This document shows, in pieces, positions 1 through 15,568 of a stretch of DNA of 64,000 bases. Positions within the stretch are counted from its first letter, which is position 1. The number at the start of each line of letters is the position of its first letter. A program made the translations under genes and the position numbers. Below the pieces are notes generated by a model. That model had not been told where the DNA came from, ran no database searches, and saw only the letters and a list, made by a program, of their open reading frames with translations. Source of the stretch: Chrysomallon squamiferum (Eukaryota; Animalia; Mollusca); assembly GCA_012295275.1 (NCBI GenBank), contig CM022670.1, forward strand, positions 24,676,001 to 24,740,000, written 5' to 3'.

Positions 1-121
1 TAAAAGTTGCTGTCATCTTGTTACTGATGATGTTGTTCTAATATTAAAATCACTCTTATACTGTTACCAGAATTCTTTAGTTATGTTAATTTTAATAGTT
101 ATTGGATGGGAAAGTTTAATG

Positions 122-226
<105 letters not shown>

Positions 227-1464
227 ATGTGTATGTGTCTATAATTGTCTCTGTTCGTATTTTTCGCACATACGTTCGTACATAATACATACACACATTT
301 ATACAGTTATTTACAATACTAAATAATTACACGTGTTATATAAATATAATCTAGCAATTTCAGAATTACTGAGCAATTACTGTTATCATCCATTATTACC
401 AATATGATAATGGAATGGCAAAGTTCATTCGTTTTTGTCAAAAAAAAAATAAAACTTTCTAAAACGGACCACACATACATTTATATATATATTTTTATAT
501 ATATATGTATATAAACAGATAGATAGATAACAATTTGTAATGGCTTTTCCCCCCCTTTTTTTCTTTTTCTTCATTGTTAAATCTCTAGATTCAGTGATGC
601 AGTTATTTCTTCAGTCAGTACTAAAAAGCATAATTACAATAAGTCCATTTCTTTTGTGTGGTGTCGGTGTCAATCACTGACGTCTACTGTCGAGATTGAA
701 TCAGACGATTTTTTTTTATTTACTAGACCATCATTTACTTAACCAAATGTTACTGTATTTTCTCTAGATCTTTTTTTTTTTTTTTCTAGAACTACCGTAC
801 TTAACCAAGTATAACTGTATATCTGTCCTAATATTAAAACCGATTAGGGTTTTCTTTTTTTTTTTTTTTTTTTTTTTTTTTTCTTCTCGTCTCTCTCAAA
901 CCGTGAGATTCATACGTCTACAGCCACTGAAACCTGTCAACTGAAGCCAAATCTCTGACAGAACTGGACAGCCGTGTTTTTTTTTTTTTTTTTTTTAACA
1001 ACAGTGCCCCAGAGAGGGATGTTTCGAATTTTATTGTGTTGTACGCGAAAGATAATCCTTTTCACCTTGTCTTTAAATTGTACAAAGTATTTATATATAT
1101 ATTTTTTTTCTCTCCTTTCAAAGCAATGTTCTCATAAGCCGGATAAGTTTAAAATTAAAAATACGAATCCGATATACTTACATTTTAAAGAGACATAAAT
1201 ATCCATTTTCGCTTCGGTGGTTTGTTTCTTTCGTAAATTAAAGAAGACAAGTGGTAAATTTTATTGTTTGGAACAGTAGTGAATTACGGCTGGTGAAACG
1301 GTGGATGCTATCATTCTAAGCATCTTACAGTTTATTGGTTTTCAAGTCGAGATTCTCGAACTATATCGACGTCCACGTGTGATGAATATTTTTTAGTACT
1401 GGTTATATATATGTATATGTTACAGGTCTACATTACATACCAGAAAATCATATTGACGTTTATT

Positions 1465-1496
<32 letters not shown>

Positions 1497-1930
1497 TGTG
1501 TATCTTTTTAATGTTTAACATAAGAAGAAATAACAAGAAAGGACAAAATCTTTTTCCCCAACAATTTTTTTCATTAATTCAGTCCAAGTGAAGGTCACAC
1601 TTTTCTAAATTCCAGTACATCAGTATTTGCCACAGACCAGTTTTCATTGGTCAAGAAGTCTGGCAGCAGGCATCAGTGCAATGCATTGAAGAAACGGCAA
1701 CTATAACAAGAATTCGAGAAAGTCATCTTCATTTCACCCACTCACCTTATACAAAACTGTGTTTGTGTTTTGTTTTTTCTCATGTTCAGCCTTTCATGAT
1801 TTTATTACGTATGTTTATAACTCGGCTTTTGTAGTCTATATACTGTAATTTTCTTCCTCTTCTTCCTTCAGGTCTGTTTTATATTTTATAATAACAATAT
1901 ATTTTGCAATTACTAGTACTAATTTTCACA

Positions 1931-1986
<56 letters not shown>

Positions 1987-2278
1987 CTCATTTATATACG
2001 CATGTATACATACTTACATATGTGAATGAAAATGCACTTTTTATAGTCTTATTAATAGACTCTGTTTCTGCTCATTTCTCGTTCGTCCTCTTTATCCATT
2101 TAAAACTGTAATACGTGTACGTAAGTCGTCAATAAGCTGAAACATGATAACATACTGGGTTGTTAGTCATATCTACTTGCCTTAGATATGTATGTGTTTA
2201 TGTATGTATGTATATATATGTATATGTGTGTGTGTGTCTCTATATATATATATGTATGTATGTATATATATATGTATA

Positions 2279-2319
<41 letters not shown>

Positions 2320-2862
2320 GTATGTATGTGTGAGTGTATGTGTGTGTACAGGGATGTATGGATATACGTATATGTGTGTGTGTGTGTGTGTGTATCAGGG
2401 ATGAATGGATGGATGGAAAATACAAGCATATTTCGAAATGAAAAATAAATAATAATCATTTTGTAGTTAAACTAACAGAGCAATAACATTTCTGCTATTA
2501 GTAATATAATCATATTTTTGCTGGTATAACTTGTTCATAAAAGATCAGATATTTTCTGGTTAGGATACTCATTTTGAAAAGATTTAAAGCTGTCAAACAG
2601 AAATCCTTCAAGCTTGTAGAGTGTTTGTTCATCTTTAAAAAAAAAACTGAAAAATAAAAACTCCCACTTTCCTCTTTCTGTTATCTAAAATGACGTCTCC
2701 CTTACCTGGTACGTAAAAAAAAAAAAAGTATAGGAAGAAAAAAAAAAAAAAAAAAAAAAAAGTAAATAAAAAAAAAAGAAACTAAAATGAAAAGGAAGAG
2801 GTTAAAAACAAGAAAAAAGAAGAAGAAAAAAAAAGAACACCTGAGAAATTCGGAAATCTGTC

Positions 2863-3650
2863 AACCGTTAAACGCGACAACGGAGAAGTGAAATACTTTT
2901 ACTGCCCGACAAGGATCAGTGAATTTTTAAACCTAGCATCTTTCAAACGGGTAGCGGGAATGAAAGATATCTCGACGGGGTGTCTACCCAGTTCTTATTC
3001 GATACATTAAAGAGAAACGAAACGTTAGGCACACCACCGTTCGTTGTTACTTTACGCTGAATGCAAGCAACTGTCACCAAACTTTTCTCTTTTTTAGAAA
3101 AAAAAACTGCAGGATATTTTCCCTTTTTACATCAGCTTTCAATGGAAAGTGATTTTGTTTCAACTGTAGGACGTTAGATAGAAAAGAAGGAAGAAGATAC
3201 ATAATTTTACGTTTTTCAACGAACAACAAATATATATATATATTTTTTTAAAAGTTTTGATTATTTTTGTTAGTAAGATAACGGACTCTGCTGCTATTTG
3301 TGTTGTGCAAAATGCCAAAGTCTTTTCTTATAAGGAAGAAACGAAATCATGACTCATCGTGGTCAAAAGATGTTGACAGCAGACCTCACCAAAATGCTGA
3401 TCCAGATGGAGATGATCGTCTTAATCTTCAAACAGGTACGTGGTTTTTTTTTCTTTTAAACCAGATAACTAATAACATCTTTACCTTTAAAACTTATGTT
3501 CTTTGCCAAAACAAAATAATTTGGTTTAAATAAAAAGAAAAGAAAAGGGGAAAAAAAAAATCCCCAAAAGATGAATAACAAAATGTAGGAAGAAAATTGA
3601 AACAGGGAACTATTATGTTTTAAGCGAAAAACGGACTTTTTCATCCGTTA
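2863..3650. promoter_or_regulatory. Ovo-type binding sites (CCGTTA) around ovo exon 1
   Basis: AACCGTTA 2863-2870, TAACGG 3279-3284, CCGTTA 3645-3650. CCGTTA is the known Ovo/Ovol core site. Confidence 0.4.
3312..3435 (+). CDS. ovo: ovo/shavenbaby-like C2H2 TF, coding exon 1 (SNAG motif)
   Basis: ATG at 3312 gives MPKSFLIRKKR, a SNAG repressor motif as in Snail/Gfi/Ovol/Svb. Donor ACAG|GTACGT at 3435/3436 is phase 1 and matches the exon 2 acceptor. Confidence 0.88.
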
Positions 3651-3758
3651 TTTATAGTGGTCAATCTGATTTACAAGTTTAAGTTCCAAAGTTTATAATT
3701 TAAAATTATGACGTTCACTGAAGGTGACGTTCAAAGAAGCATCAGGAGAATTCCAATT

Positions 3759-3801
<43 letters not shown>

Positions 3802-4028
3802 TTATAGTTATTACTGAATTTCTTTTATGTGATATAAAGTACACTCTCGACTATGACTAAGCGTAAAAAATAAAAATAAAAAATAGCAATAAAAATTTAT
3901 TAATGGAGGAAAAGACTGAAAAGTAGGATAAAGTAATGTTAATTTTATAGACTGTCAATAATTTCACACTGTGTCTAGTTTGTTTTAATTTCCTCTACTC
4001 ACATTTTAATGAACCTAATCATTAATTT

Positions 4029-4062
<34 letters not shown>

Positions 4063-4830
4063 ATTAAAAAATAATTTAAAAATCAGTTTATATAGGATAT
4101 GTTCCAAGGTCCACAATTTAAAATTATGACGTTCACTGACACTGACATTCAAAACAGCATCAGGAGTATTCCAATTTTATTTATTTATTTATTTATTTAT
4201 TTATTATTTTATTTCTTTCATTAGTTATAAGGTACACTCTCGTCTATGATGACACTTTAAGCATACAAAATTTAATAAATCAAAAATAAATAAATAAAAA
4301 ATAGTAATAAAAAATTATTAACAGAAAAAAAGACTGAAAAATAGAATAAAGTAATGTTAATTTTATAGACTGTCATTATTTTCACACTGTGGCTAATTTG
4401 TTTGATCTTTTACATAAGATTAAAATACATAAGGTGAAATTATGATATTGTAGAACAAGAACATAGGAAATATAGATCTGATAACGAGTAAAAATGAGCT
4501 ACATTAAAATCAGTGACAGTAATCTGGAGAGGGAATGATCGTTAAATCAGTAAGATAAATTCAAAAACGGAATACGTGTCAGCTTAGTAAACGTAATGTA
4601 GACAGAAAATTATTTACGTTAATATTGAGACAAAGTTAAATCGTTGTCGGTAATCTCTGAGGGAAGGGAGGGGATGGTTGGTATAGAAAAATTTAGACAG
4701 AGAATGCTTGCTAAAATAGTATAAGTACTGTACACAGGGAAGTCGTTAAACTGTAACAGTATTCTGGAGTGGGAATGGTTGCTAAATGTATGACTGCAGT
4801 CTAGAGATGGACTACACGTTAAATTAATAT
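3650..4830 (+). repeat. unclassified interspersed repeat with an internal ~300-bp tandem duplication; inverted copy at 53167-53967
   Basis: Matches the reverse complement of 53167-53967 (e.g. caaagaagcatcaggag; gtataagtactgtacacagggaagtcgttaaactgtaacagtattctggagtgggaatgg). About 3684-3985 recurs at about 4101-4403. Confidence 0.85.
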
Positions 4831-4833
4831 AGA

Positions 4834-4871
<38 letters not shown>

Positions 4872-5029
4872 ATAATAGCAATCAGGTTTTTATTCCTTAT
4901 TCATGTATTTTAAATAGTTAATCTCTCCGGTTATTATGTTTTTACAGTTTTATCATGTATGTTAAAATATCAAAATAATAATAATAATAATAATTAAATG
5001 ATGATGATGATGGTTATGATGATAATGAA

Positions 5030-5084
<55 letters not shown>

Positions 5085-8000
5085 TGAGCCAAGAAGAAAG
5101 ACAGAGGAAAAGTGATACTTATAAATATGCTAAGAGTGAAAAAAAAAATGAATGTCAGAATAATTTTTTAAATTAGTATGATAACTTATGATAACTTCTT
5201 CTTCTTCTTCTTCTTCTTCTTGTGAAAGCTTCCTTGGCTGTAGTTCACTGAAATCTGTGATAACAGAAGTGCAAGATTTGTTAATCAGTTTGATGTGTAA
5301 GCTTGCGTGCATCTTTTCATCGATGCTGTAACTAATGTACAGGCTTGTCAAGCTGTCGCCGTCACATTCAGCGTTCACTGTAAGAATACGTCTGTGGCGT
5401 AAAGGATCATTTGGTCGATTGGTGTTGCTTACTTACATGTAGATAGTCTGATAGACGTATCTGTCTGCACTTTCAAATAAAACACCGTTGTAGGTAGGAT
5501 GGTCTGACATTGTGTTCACATTGTTTTGATATAATACCTCGTTAATATTTATGCGTAGGACGAAAACGGGATGAAGTCATTTAATATTGAAGTCACCTTT
5601 CAGACAGGACAAGAACGATTTATTCAAATACTTTCTGACTTTTTAAAAATTAAAAAAAAAAAAATAATAATAATAATAATGACCTTATATGAATGTCTAT
5701 ATTCTAATATCACCTGAATATTCAAATTTTGTAAAAATTAAATATTGCAAATTGCAGATTATCCAAGCGTTTAAAACCGCTTTGTTTCGTAAGCAGATGC
5801 AAGAAGATTACCAAAATAATGAAAGAAAAATAATTGTGTAGGACAACAGAGAAGGGTCTGCGCTTGGGTTTGATCGTGTGACCTGCAGCGTTTAACGTAA
5901 TCCCGCCACACAGCAGACATTAAAGACGTGCAGCCGACAATTTTCACAGCGAAGTGAAAATCCGTTTTGGTTACTTATAATCGTAAGAAAAAACATGACG
6001 ATGCCCTGCCTCTTTTGAAAACTGTGACCCGAGGCAATCTCCCATCTTAACAGTTGGTAAGCAAGTTTTCGTGTTTTCATATCGGTTTTTAATAACAAAA
6101 CTGTCTCGTGTTTACACAACAGTCACATGTCAGCTCTCATAATAGCTGTTCTTCGCTCGTTGTTCTTCGAGTGCAGTTCTTTCTCTTCGTATCGTAACAT
6201 CGCCTGTCTCTTTCCAACGCAGCAAGATTTTTGTTGTTGAGTGAAATCTCGAAAGAACTGCGCTCGGAGACCAAGGCTGGGACAGATAAAAGAGTGATGA
6301 TGTCACCCGACTCGACGGCGCAGTCGTTGAGCCGTCTGGCTTTAAGGGATCACTTCGTGGTACCGATTGCTACCAGAAGATCTATGACCTGTAGATGCGA
6401 AGACAAAAGCCGTGCATTTAGGAAGAAGTAACACCTGTGTTTAGAAAGATAATAGACCCGGTATTTGGAAAGATCCGAGACCATTTTTCTTACATTCCAC
6501 TCGACAATATACTAACCGTCACAAAATACATATGCATGAACCGTAGACAATACAAGATTTTTCTCTTTATCAAACGTGAATGTAAAAACACATTTATCCA
6601 GTTCCTTCCTGGTTCTAGAAAAAAAAAATAGCTGTTCTTCACTCGTTGTTCTTAATAATAATAATAAAAACAAAAAATTAATGGTAAATTTTGTATTTGT
6701 ATATTATAAGATTTCTTTACATTATTAGTATGCTGTGATTTGTTTATCTATTTATTTTATAGCTATTCGTATATGTTGTTTTCTTAATCTGTTATTTTGA
6801 AATATTGATGAAAGTGACTATTGTGCTTTTGCTGAGGATGTTGCTGCTGATTTAGTGATGACGTTCCCGATGATAACAACAGGAACGCTCTGTAGTAACC
6901 TAAATAACACGCATTCTTAAATATATTAGTCAAAGTGAATAATGACACCGTCAACAGAAATAAATTGCTAATTTTATATTTAAAAAGTCATACTATACAA
7001 CTCTTATTACTCAGTAATTACGTATGCTTTGAACTGATCATTAACCTAGAACAAAACACTGCATACTCTGTTTTTCTTTTTAAAAAACAAGTAAATTTAT
7101 TGCCTAGGATTATAATTGTATCGTCTACATTCAGCTTTTAACTGCACTATAGAATTACTTGCAGCTACACGTCAAAAGCTTCGCAAGGCTTGTGAAAGTC
7201 AGCTAATAAATCCAAAAATAGTGAAGTAAGAAAACCTATTCAAAGATCCTAAAGAAAGACAAGGTTTTCTAAATATATCTAAGAATGTACGAGAATGTTG
7301 TCTCATAAGTGTTATATACTGGCTTTGCAAAATTAGCCCCACACTGGTATTGAACATTTATGAATAATCGTTAAGTCAGTTTTCATCGCTAGTCGATCCC
7401 AAGACTCTGCGTATGCCGGGATGTTGGTCTTAGACATCCTTTCCCATTAGTAAGATACAATGATGAACCCATGTTTGTTATAAAAATTAAAAAAAAAAAA
7501 TTAATTCCTTTTTATTCGTATAATTATGATGAAAAGATATGCATGCTTAATCATTTTAACTGGTAATTTTATTATTTTTTTTTTTTTTTTTTTTTTGCTA
7601 TGTCCACGCCAAAGCTTGCATGTTTGAAGCGTTGCAGACCTCTAAATACAAAATAATCTTGAAAAATACTATTAAATTAACTTTTTAAAACTTAATTCTG
7701 TCGGTTCACATTTATTTATTTATTTATTTATTTATTATTATTACTGACTCGGCCCAACCATTCTACACCAAAAAAAAAATAATAAAGCAATCATTTTTAT
7801 ACAAATAATAAAACATAATGAAACTTTCAACCGTAACCGCTATCGTCTCGAATTTCGTTATGTTACTAGCTTTATTGTATTGTTCAAATCATTAGTAAAA
7901 GTTTATGTAAACCCCTTCTGCAAGTTGAGTATTTGCATGTTCTTAAAGCACTAGTTGTTTCCCTCTTAGGGGTCCGAACTAACAACTTGAATCAGCATTG

Positions 8001-8930
8001 CCATTTTGTCCTTGCTTCCCTCGGATGGTGACTCATTTTGTAAGGACACACTGTAGAAATTATTTCGCTTTCATTTTTCTCTTCAGTTGAAGGGAAAATT
8101 GTATTACGTTCTAACATATAATAGATGCTTTTTTTCTTCTTTTTCTGTCTTTCTTTTTTTTCTTTTTTGTAACCGCAGAATCACTCGCTAGTGTTTATAT
8201 GCTTTACAAAGTGTCACGCCCAACAATGCCACCTTAGGCTAAAGTTATCGTACAAAAAAAGATGAAGACTTAGCTTAATAACAAACAAAGCTTACTAACT
8301 CACGATTTGTTATTAATATAATAAATTTCCACCAGTTCACGGGTACGCCCAATGTATGTATACGTGTTGGTGCGATTTTACATCAGTATGTACATTAAAT
8401 ATTATAATAGACTTTTTTTTTCTGTATTTGTTTAGCGGTTTGTGAAAGGTTTTCAATGGCACAACTTTTTTTATTGTAGGCGTGGTTTTCTCACCAACCT
8501 GCATAAATTATGTGCAATCATTTCACTTAGATAATTAACTGGTTTATGCAAGTGTGAAATGTTTTAGGCTTCTTTTTTACCCCATTACAGCAGGATACGT
8601 ATGCCGTGTAAAAACGAAATCTGCACTTGAAGCCATTAAAGTAACAATTAATATGTAGATACGCATTCGCGCATGGCTAGTGTTTGTGTATGAAATAATC
8701 GTACGGTTGAATTATATGTATGTCAAAACAATTTTGTTGCACCAGGATATTCTGTTTCCCATTATAAATCTATAAAATACGAATATACGTTAGTTCGAAA
8801 AATTTAAAGTAATGTTTAGTTTCGACAGAATTTTTATGTACAATTTTCCACATTGTGTTTTGAAATTTTATATATATGGAGATATTGAAGAAAGCTTTTT
8901 TTTTTACCGAGAAAAATGGATGGATGGATG

Positions 8931-9037
<107 letters not shown>

Positions 9038-9838
9038 ATGTTCTAACGATGACGTAAATATCATTTTCACTTTTTCTTGTGTTTCAATCTGTTAAAATTC
9101 ATGCATTATAAACTCTGACCATTTCAACTTACATCTCTACACAGAACATTTTACACATGCTACACCAGACTATAACAGAACGTCTGAAACATCAGTCCTT
9201 TGTTTTTAAAATTTTAATATCATCTTATCACTCCTGTAGTGGTATAGAAATCAGTGACAGACAGCTGGTATGCAACACTCCACTTTACCTTGCATGTCTC
9301 TCTAACCGCAGCTCAAACAGTCTGTCGCGGGGACACATATTTCAACAGCTGGATATTTAGTAAGTTACAAAGTAACTACGAGCACCGAACATAACTTTCA
9401 CATCATTTCAACACAAAAAGGTTCAAGTTTATTTTGTTGTCACGCCACTGGTGTATAGATTATTTACGTCTTCAAATATGTAGATAAGACAGGGTTTTTT
9501 CATAAGCGGTCATGGATCTCTGACTGGGATGGGCATCCTAACAGAATATTTTATCACCGACTCCATTTCGTATCTGACCATTTCTTATCTGACCATTTCT
9601 TATCTGACCATTTCTGTGTCCACTGTGCTTCTGACCATTCTTCGAACCTGTCAGGTCTCATGAGCCATTATTCTCTAAAGCATAGCGTTATAAAATGTAC
9701 AAAGACGTGGATTCGCCGCATTCTCTCTGTATTATTACGACTTAATAATATTACATGACATCATAATCACTTTACAAAGTCATAGCTATATCCTCTTATA
9801 ATAATATTATGATTAATTTTTTTTTAGATTTTTCTTAT

Positions 9839-9875
<37 letters not shown>

Positions 9876-10032
9876 CTTTCTTTCTACATCCTTTCCTTCG
9901 GTTCTTTCTTTCTTTTCCTTTTTTAACTTATCATTTTCGTCTATTGAAAGGATTTCTTAAAGAAACAAGATAGTCTGTAGTAGAATAGCGGAACTAAATG
10001 CCGTTCATTGAAACATGTGTTGCAAAGACAAG

Positions 10033-10069
<37 letters not shown>

Positions 10070-12337
10070 TTTCATCGAGTGCAGAAAGCAAACGTCGGGC
10101 TTTGAAATGCTTGTGGCAATTTGGAGACACTGAAACCTGATTCGAAATTGATGGTCCAGTGAACAAAATCGTGTTCCAAGTGGGGCTTTAATGAAAAAAA
10201 AAGGGAACATTAAAATCACCAGGGAACTAATAGCGAATCCGCCACTTGAATGTAAGCATTATTTTGTAACGCTTTTGTTACATTAAGAGGAAAGCGCTAT
10301 CTTCGAGACATTGTCTAAAACCGTCTCGAGTATTCAACTATTGATACGTGTGCAGCGACGTTTCAATGCCGCTGCGGTAGCGGGGTGTATCGCTAGATAA
10401 TCTACTTTTTTTATTTTTTTCACTGTATGAAAGGCTTATCACTTTTGAATTTTTTTTTTTTTTTAAACGTGCAGTTATTTTGAATTACCCAATTCAGATC
10501 TGCCTTTTCACTCTTACGAATTGAAGAAAAAGTAAGAAAGAGCTGATGTTATAAAAAGAGGTTTTTAAACGAAAAGCACTAGAAAGTGTTGTCCTATCCC
10601 ACACCCCGACCTCTAGTTCCTTTTCTGTGTCTTCTTTTGTGAACCCAGTGAATGTGAAACTGCGAGAAGAAAAAAATAATAATGTATGCCGAGAAATGTG
10701 TATCGTTATCCGCTCAAAGTGCAGCAGGGTTGCCGGATCGATCCCATTCTTGTGTTGATAGTAGTAGTTAATTTACTATTTAGTGTTCCTGGCTCATTTA
10801 TCAAACATCGTGGAATGTGTTCTCCTGGAATGTCACACGGTTATCTGTTGTTATGTTAAATAAGATTAACTTGTAGAATGGAGATGTTTTTTCTCCGTTG
10901 TCACATTTATGTAAATACATGTATATATTTCACATGAAAAAAAAGAAGAAGGTAAACATCCATATCCACGCACACACACTCATACATACACACACACACA
11001 TACATACATAAACACATACATACAAACACATACATACATACATACAAACACATAAACACATACATACATACATACAAACACATACATACATACATACATA
11101 CATACATACATACATACACACACACATACAAACAGGAATTTAAAATATATAACTGTATTAATTATACAGATTAGATTTTTAACTCTTTATTGCTTTTACT
11201 TGATTATTTTTGTAAGTTTATTTTTATTAGTTGTATTTCACAATTGTTTTCTCCGCTATTTTTTTTTTTTTTTTTTTTTTGTTGTTTATGTTTTTTGTTT
11301 TTTTAGAAGCAGAAAAATTTAAAAAAAAAATAAAAAATAAAAAATAAAATAAGAGAACAAAAACTGCAATAAAAACACGAGCAGACGAATAAAAATTAAA
11401 TATACACCTCCTCTTTAAGCATCCCTTGTACGACAAACAAGAACGTATCTATTACGCCATTTACACATGCAACCTTAGATGACCAACTGATGCTATATCA
11501 AAAGATGTAACTGCAAGTTTTTATCTCTTCAGAGGTTTCTTTATTGTACATGTCAGGAACTAATCCCGTGTTAAATTCCCCTTTGACGTTAAGCAAGACT
11601 TCGTGCTATGAACAGCTAAGTGGATCGTCACATACTATTTCTGCTGTTGTAACAGAGATCTCGTTGAAGGTGTATCGGGTCATTTATACAGCTGCAAATT
11701 GGGACGACTTGCAGTCCCGACTGTAATTAATCAGTTACTTACGTTAGTATCTGTCGAGTATCAGAACAATTAAACGGTTCTGAAAAATGTGTCTGAAAAA
11801 AACCACAAAAAGAATATAAATTATGTAAGGACCAAAGGTAATGAATGTACAGGCGAAACTCGAATCGCCGGTTTTAACGGTTTTCAATAGGAGACTGATA
11901 TTTTATTACTTCTGTTGATATTTTTTTAAATGCTGATGTTGATTTTGTTGTTGTTGTTGTTGCATTGCTTTTCTTCTTCTTCTGGTGCTCACACTGAAGA
12001 ACGACAAATTAATCAAAGTTGCATGTTTTTCTCTTCTTTCTTTCTTTTTCAAAAATTTATTTTATTTTACTTGTTTGTTTGTTAATTGTTTTTTTCTCTT
12101 TCTTTATGTTTAAAGGTTTACAAAAATTACAGACAAAGTATTCATAAACAACTGTTTTTATATAATCTATATTTAAGCGGTAATTTAAACAGCTGAATAA
12201 CATAGCTTAAAATAATGATTATTTTCTTTTGTTTCATCAAATCCTAGCTCGCTGAAAGTGTGTAGTGTGTCACTGATTATTGGAACAGCAGCAGCAGCAG
12301 CAGTACTAATGGCTGGTCGACTACTGCTACTACTACA

Positions 12338-12422
<85 letters not shown>

Positions 12423-12522
12423 GCTGGTTTAAGCCATTCTCCAAATAAATAAAAGACTAATTTAAGAAATAAAGGATAATAATAAATTAAATAATAAATT
12501 AATAATAAAACAAACAAACAAA

Positions 12523-12573
<51 letters not shown>

Positions 12574-13675
12574 ACAAATAAATAAATAAATTAATAACCA
12601 AAATAAAATAAAATGAAACAATAAACAAATAAATAAGTAAATGAAAATTAATAAAATAAGTTCTATTAAATAAAGCAAAATTCTTTATTCTTTCTTTCAT
12701 TCAAATATAGCTTGTTTTTTTCCCCAATTTATTTCATTTTTTTGCTATTATTGTAATTATTACTTATTCATTATTATTTTTTAAATTTAATTTCTCTTTA
12801 TGTTCATTTTCATTATTTTAATCCAATTAATCATATTTCATACAGCCAAGCATTCAATCTGTCGTACTCTTCAAAAGAGGTCACAACATCACAAAAATAA
12901 CATCCGCACATTAACCTCTCCCCATAACACATGGTTAACATCTTGTCAGTCATTGTTATTCGAAACCGAGCTTTGTTTCTTTTATTCCGCTTATAAACCT
13001 CCTTGAGGGCCAAATGGGACCTCTAACTACATTTAGCAGCAATAATACATCAGATGGTACTCTTTTAATATCCAACGCGATTTCGGTTTCCCCGATCCTC
13101 TCTGCGTCTGTAATGTTTTTAATAATTCATAATGATAACTCGCTGATAACTGATAACATCGCTCAGTGTTTGACGTTTATGATGAAGGCAGGCTCAGTTA
13201 TTAAAAACGTTTTTTTTTAAGCTGGTAAATAGTTTATGACCAAGGCGGCGTTCTCCAAACGCTCATCGCGAAGACCGCCTAAGGTTTGGTTAAAATATTC
13301 ATCAGCCTGCCTGCCTGCCTCTGACGTTTAACAAACTAATAGAGACCCCGTCTCGCGCGGAATTAACCTCCGACCTCACGTCTTTAACTGCGCGTCTGTA
13401 ACTTTACTTGACAGCTGATACATGTACACGGGATGTTTTTGCCATAAAACAGCGGGGATAATTTGTGTCGAAGTTAATAATCCCCTGGACAATGCATTCC
13501 GACACAGCAACGGCGACGTACGAGAAGCTGCTAAAGTGAAGAGAAAGTCACTGTACATTGTCGACTCCAGATAAATAAATCTCGGTTGTAATATTCACGC
13601 GGCCAAAAAATTCAAGTATCAAAAATGATGGGTTTTTGTTTTGTCAAATGTTTTAAATTTTAAAAATAATTTGGT

Positions 13676-13707
<32 letters not shown>

Positions 13708-13849
13708 GTTTTTTTTTTTTTTTTTTTTGATAAAATAAAGTAGTTTTAAGAAATATATAACCACTAAAATTAATTTATACATATATTGTAACTGTCTGAG
13801 GTGTGTGTGTTTTTATTGATGTGTGTTAAAAATGTCGGTGTGTATACTT

Positions 13850-13951
<102 letters not shown>

Positions 13952-13993
13952 TATATATATATATATCCATATACGGGTCACATGCATGTCACC

Positions 13994-14035
<42 letters not shown>

Positions 14036-15501
14036 GTCGTTCGTGTTGCCGATGCTGCTATGGTTGTGGCTGCTTCTGTTGTCGATCCTATAACTACTAA
14101 CGTGGTGTTGTTGTTGATGTTGATAAGAAAGGCGATGCGGTTTCGATGCTAATGTTGTTACTTGAACCAAGCTGCAGCTGAGAATTCAAGATAACTCAAA
14201 ACATTTAACGCTTATAATAAAAAGACGACTGGGGTTTTAAAAATATGTTTGTAACGATGACTATGCGTATTGCTTTTGTTTAACGGATGGCTACAATATC
14301 TTGCTTTTGTTAGAAAACAAAAGTGCTTCCAATGACTGCACAAATTAGGCGCACTTCGATGACATCAAAACCATGGTACGGTACCTGAATTTACCTACCA
14401 CACCTCCTCGTACTCAGAGGTATAAAGTCTTTCCCCAGCTTCTCACAGTACAGGGTAAACAAAACCGCATTGATGAAAAGGAAACAACACGGTTGAACAA
14501 AACATCACATTTCAGTAGAATGATACAATTCCCAGAGGAGATTTGCAAAAGCAGTGGTCCGTTATAATTGTATGAGCCCACCATCGAGATTTCAATGTTG
14601 CCATTTTGCTCGGTTAATCCCGTCTCGGTGGGTATGTGATAAACTATCCGTTAGTAATACACTCGTTGTGAGACAGACAAATTAAGAACATCGTATGATT
14701 CGTATTGTTGTCCCTCTACCGCAGGAATTCTTTACTCGATTTGTTATTTTTTTTTTTTTTTTTTTTTTATTTTTTTTTTTTTTTTTTTGCCTTTCACACC
14801 AAGCATTTTTATAGAAACGACATAAATGTTGAGTTCTTTGTGAACGTTTCCTTTTGGGTTTTTTTTTTTTTTATTATTGTTGTTGTACAAGCGATACTAA
14901 AATATATATCAAAGCGAGTTCTACTTGAGTTAAAAACCTATCGAGATTCGTGTGTGTTCGCATGACTTCCTTTTATTAACTTAGTAGTCAATAGGTTCTT
15001 ATAATTCAATGGAAAATGGTACAGTGTTCGTTTTTATAGCCGACAATGACAACTTGGTTTTAGCCGTTTTCCTTCTCTTCATCTCATTTTAATACACGTT
15101 CATTGAGTGACAGTCTCTTTTTTCAAGTTCACTGACAGATAATATTGATTTATTGTTAATATATGCACACATATAATATTATATATCTATGTATCTTTGT
15201 ATGTATGCATATATGTATGTATGTATGTATTATGTATGTATGTATGTATGTATGTATGTATGTATATGTATGTATGTATGTGTGTATGTGTGTATGTATG
15301 TGTGACGTTATCTCTCTGCACCTGTGAATGTATGTGTATCTGTATGGACGAACGAACGGATCGATGGACAGATGAATGGATGGACATATGGACATATGGA
15401 CTTGTACAGAATCAATGTGCTATTATTATAGACCTTTTTGTGCAAGAAAAGGTTTATCCGAATTAAATTCAGCTAAAATCAGTTCAGATAAAAAAAAATA
15501 T

Positions 15502-15552
<51 letters not shown>

Positions 15553-15568
15553 TTACTTTTTCTTCCAG

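Noticed and set aside
10705-10835. tRNA gene (GGATCGATCCC B-box-like motif)
   Set aside because: No cloverleaf; at most a decayed tRNA-derived SINE head.
15376-15568. N-terminal part of the 312-aa ORF
   Set aside because: Intronic (TTTA)n repeat upstream of the acceptor at 15568.
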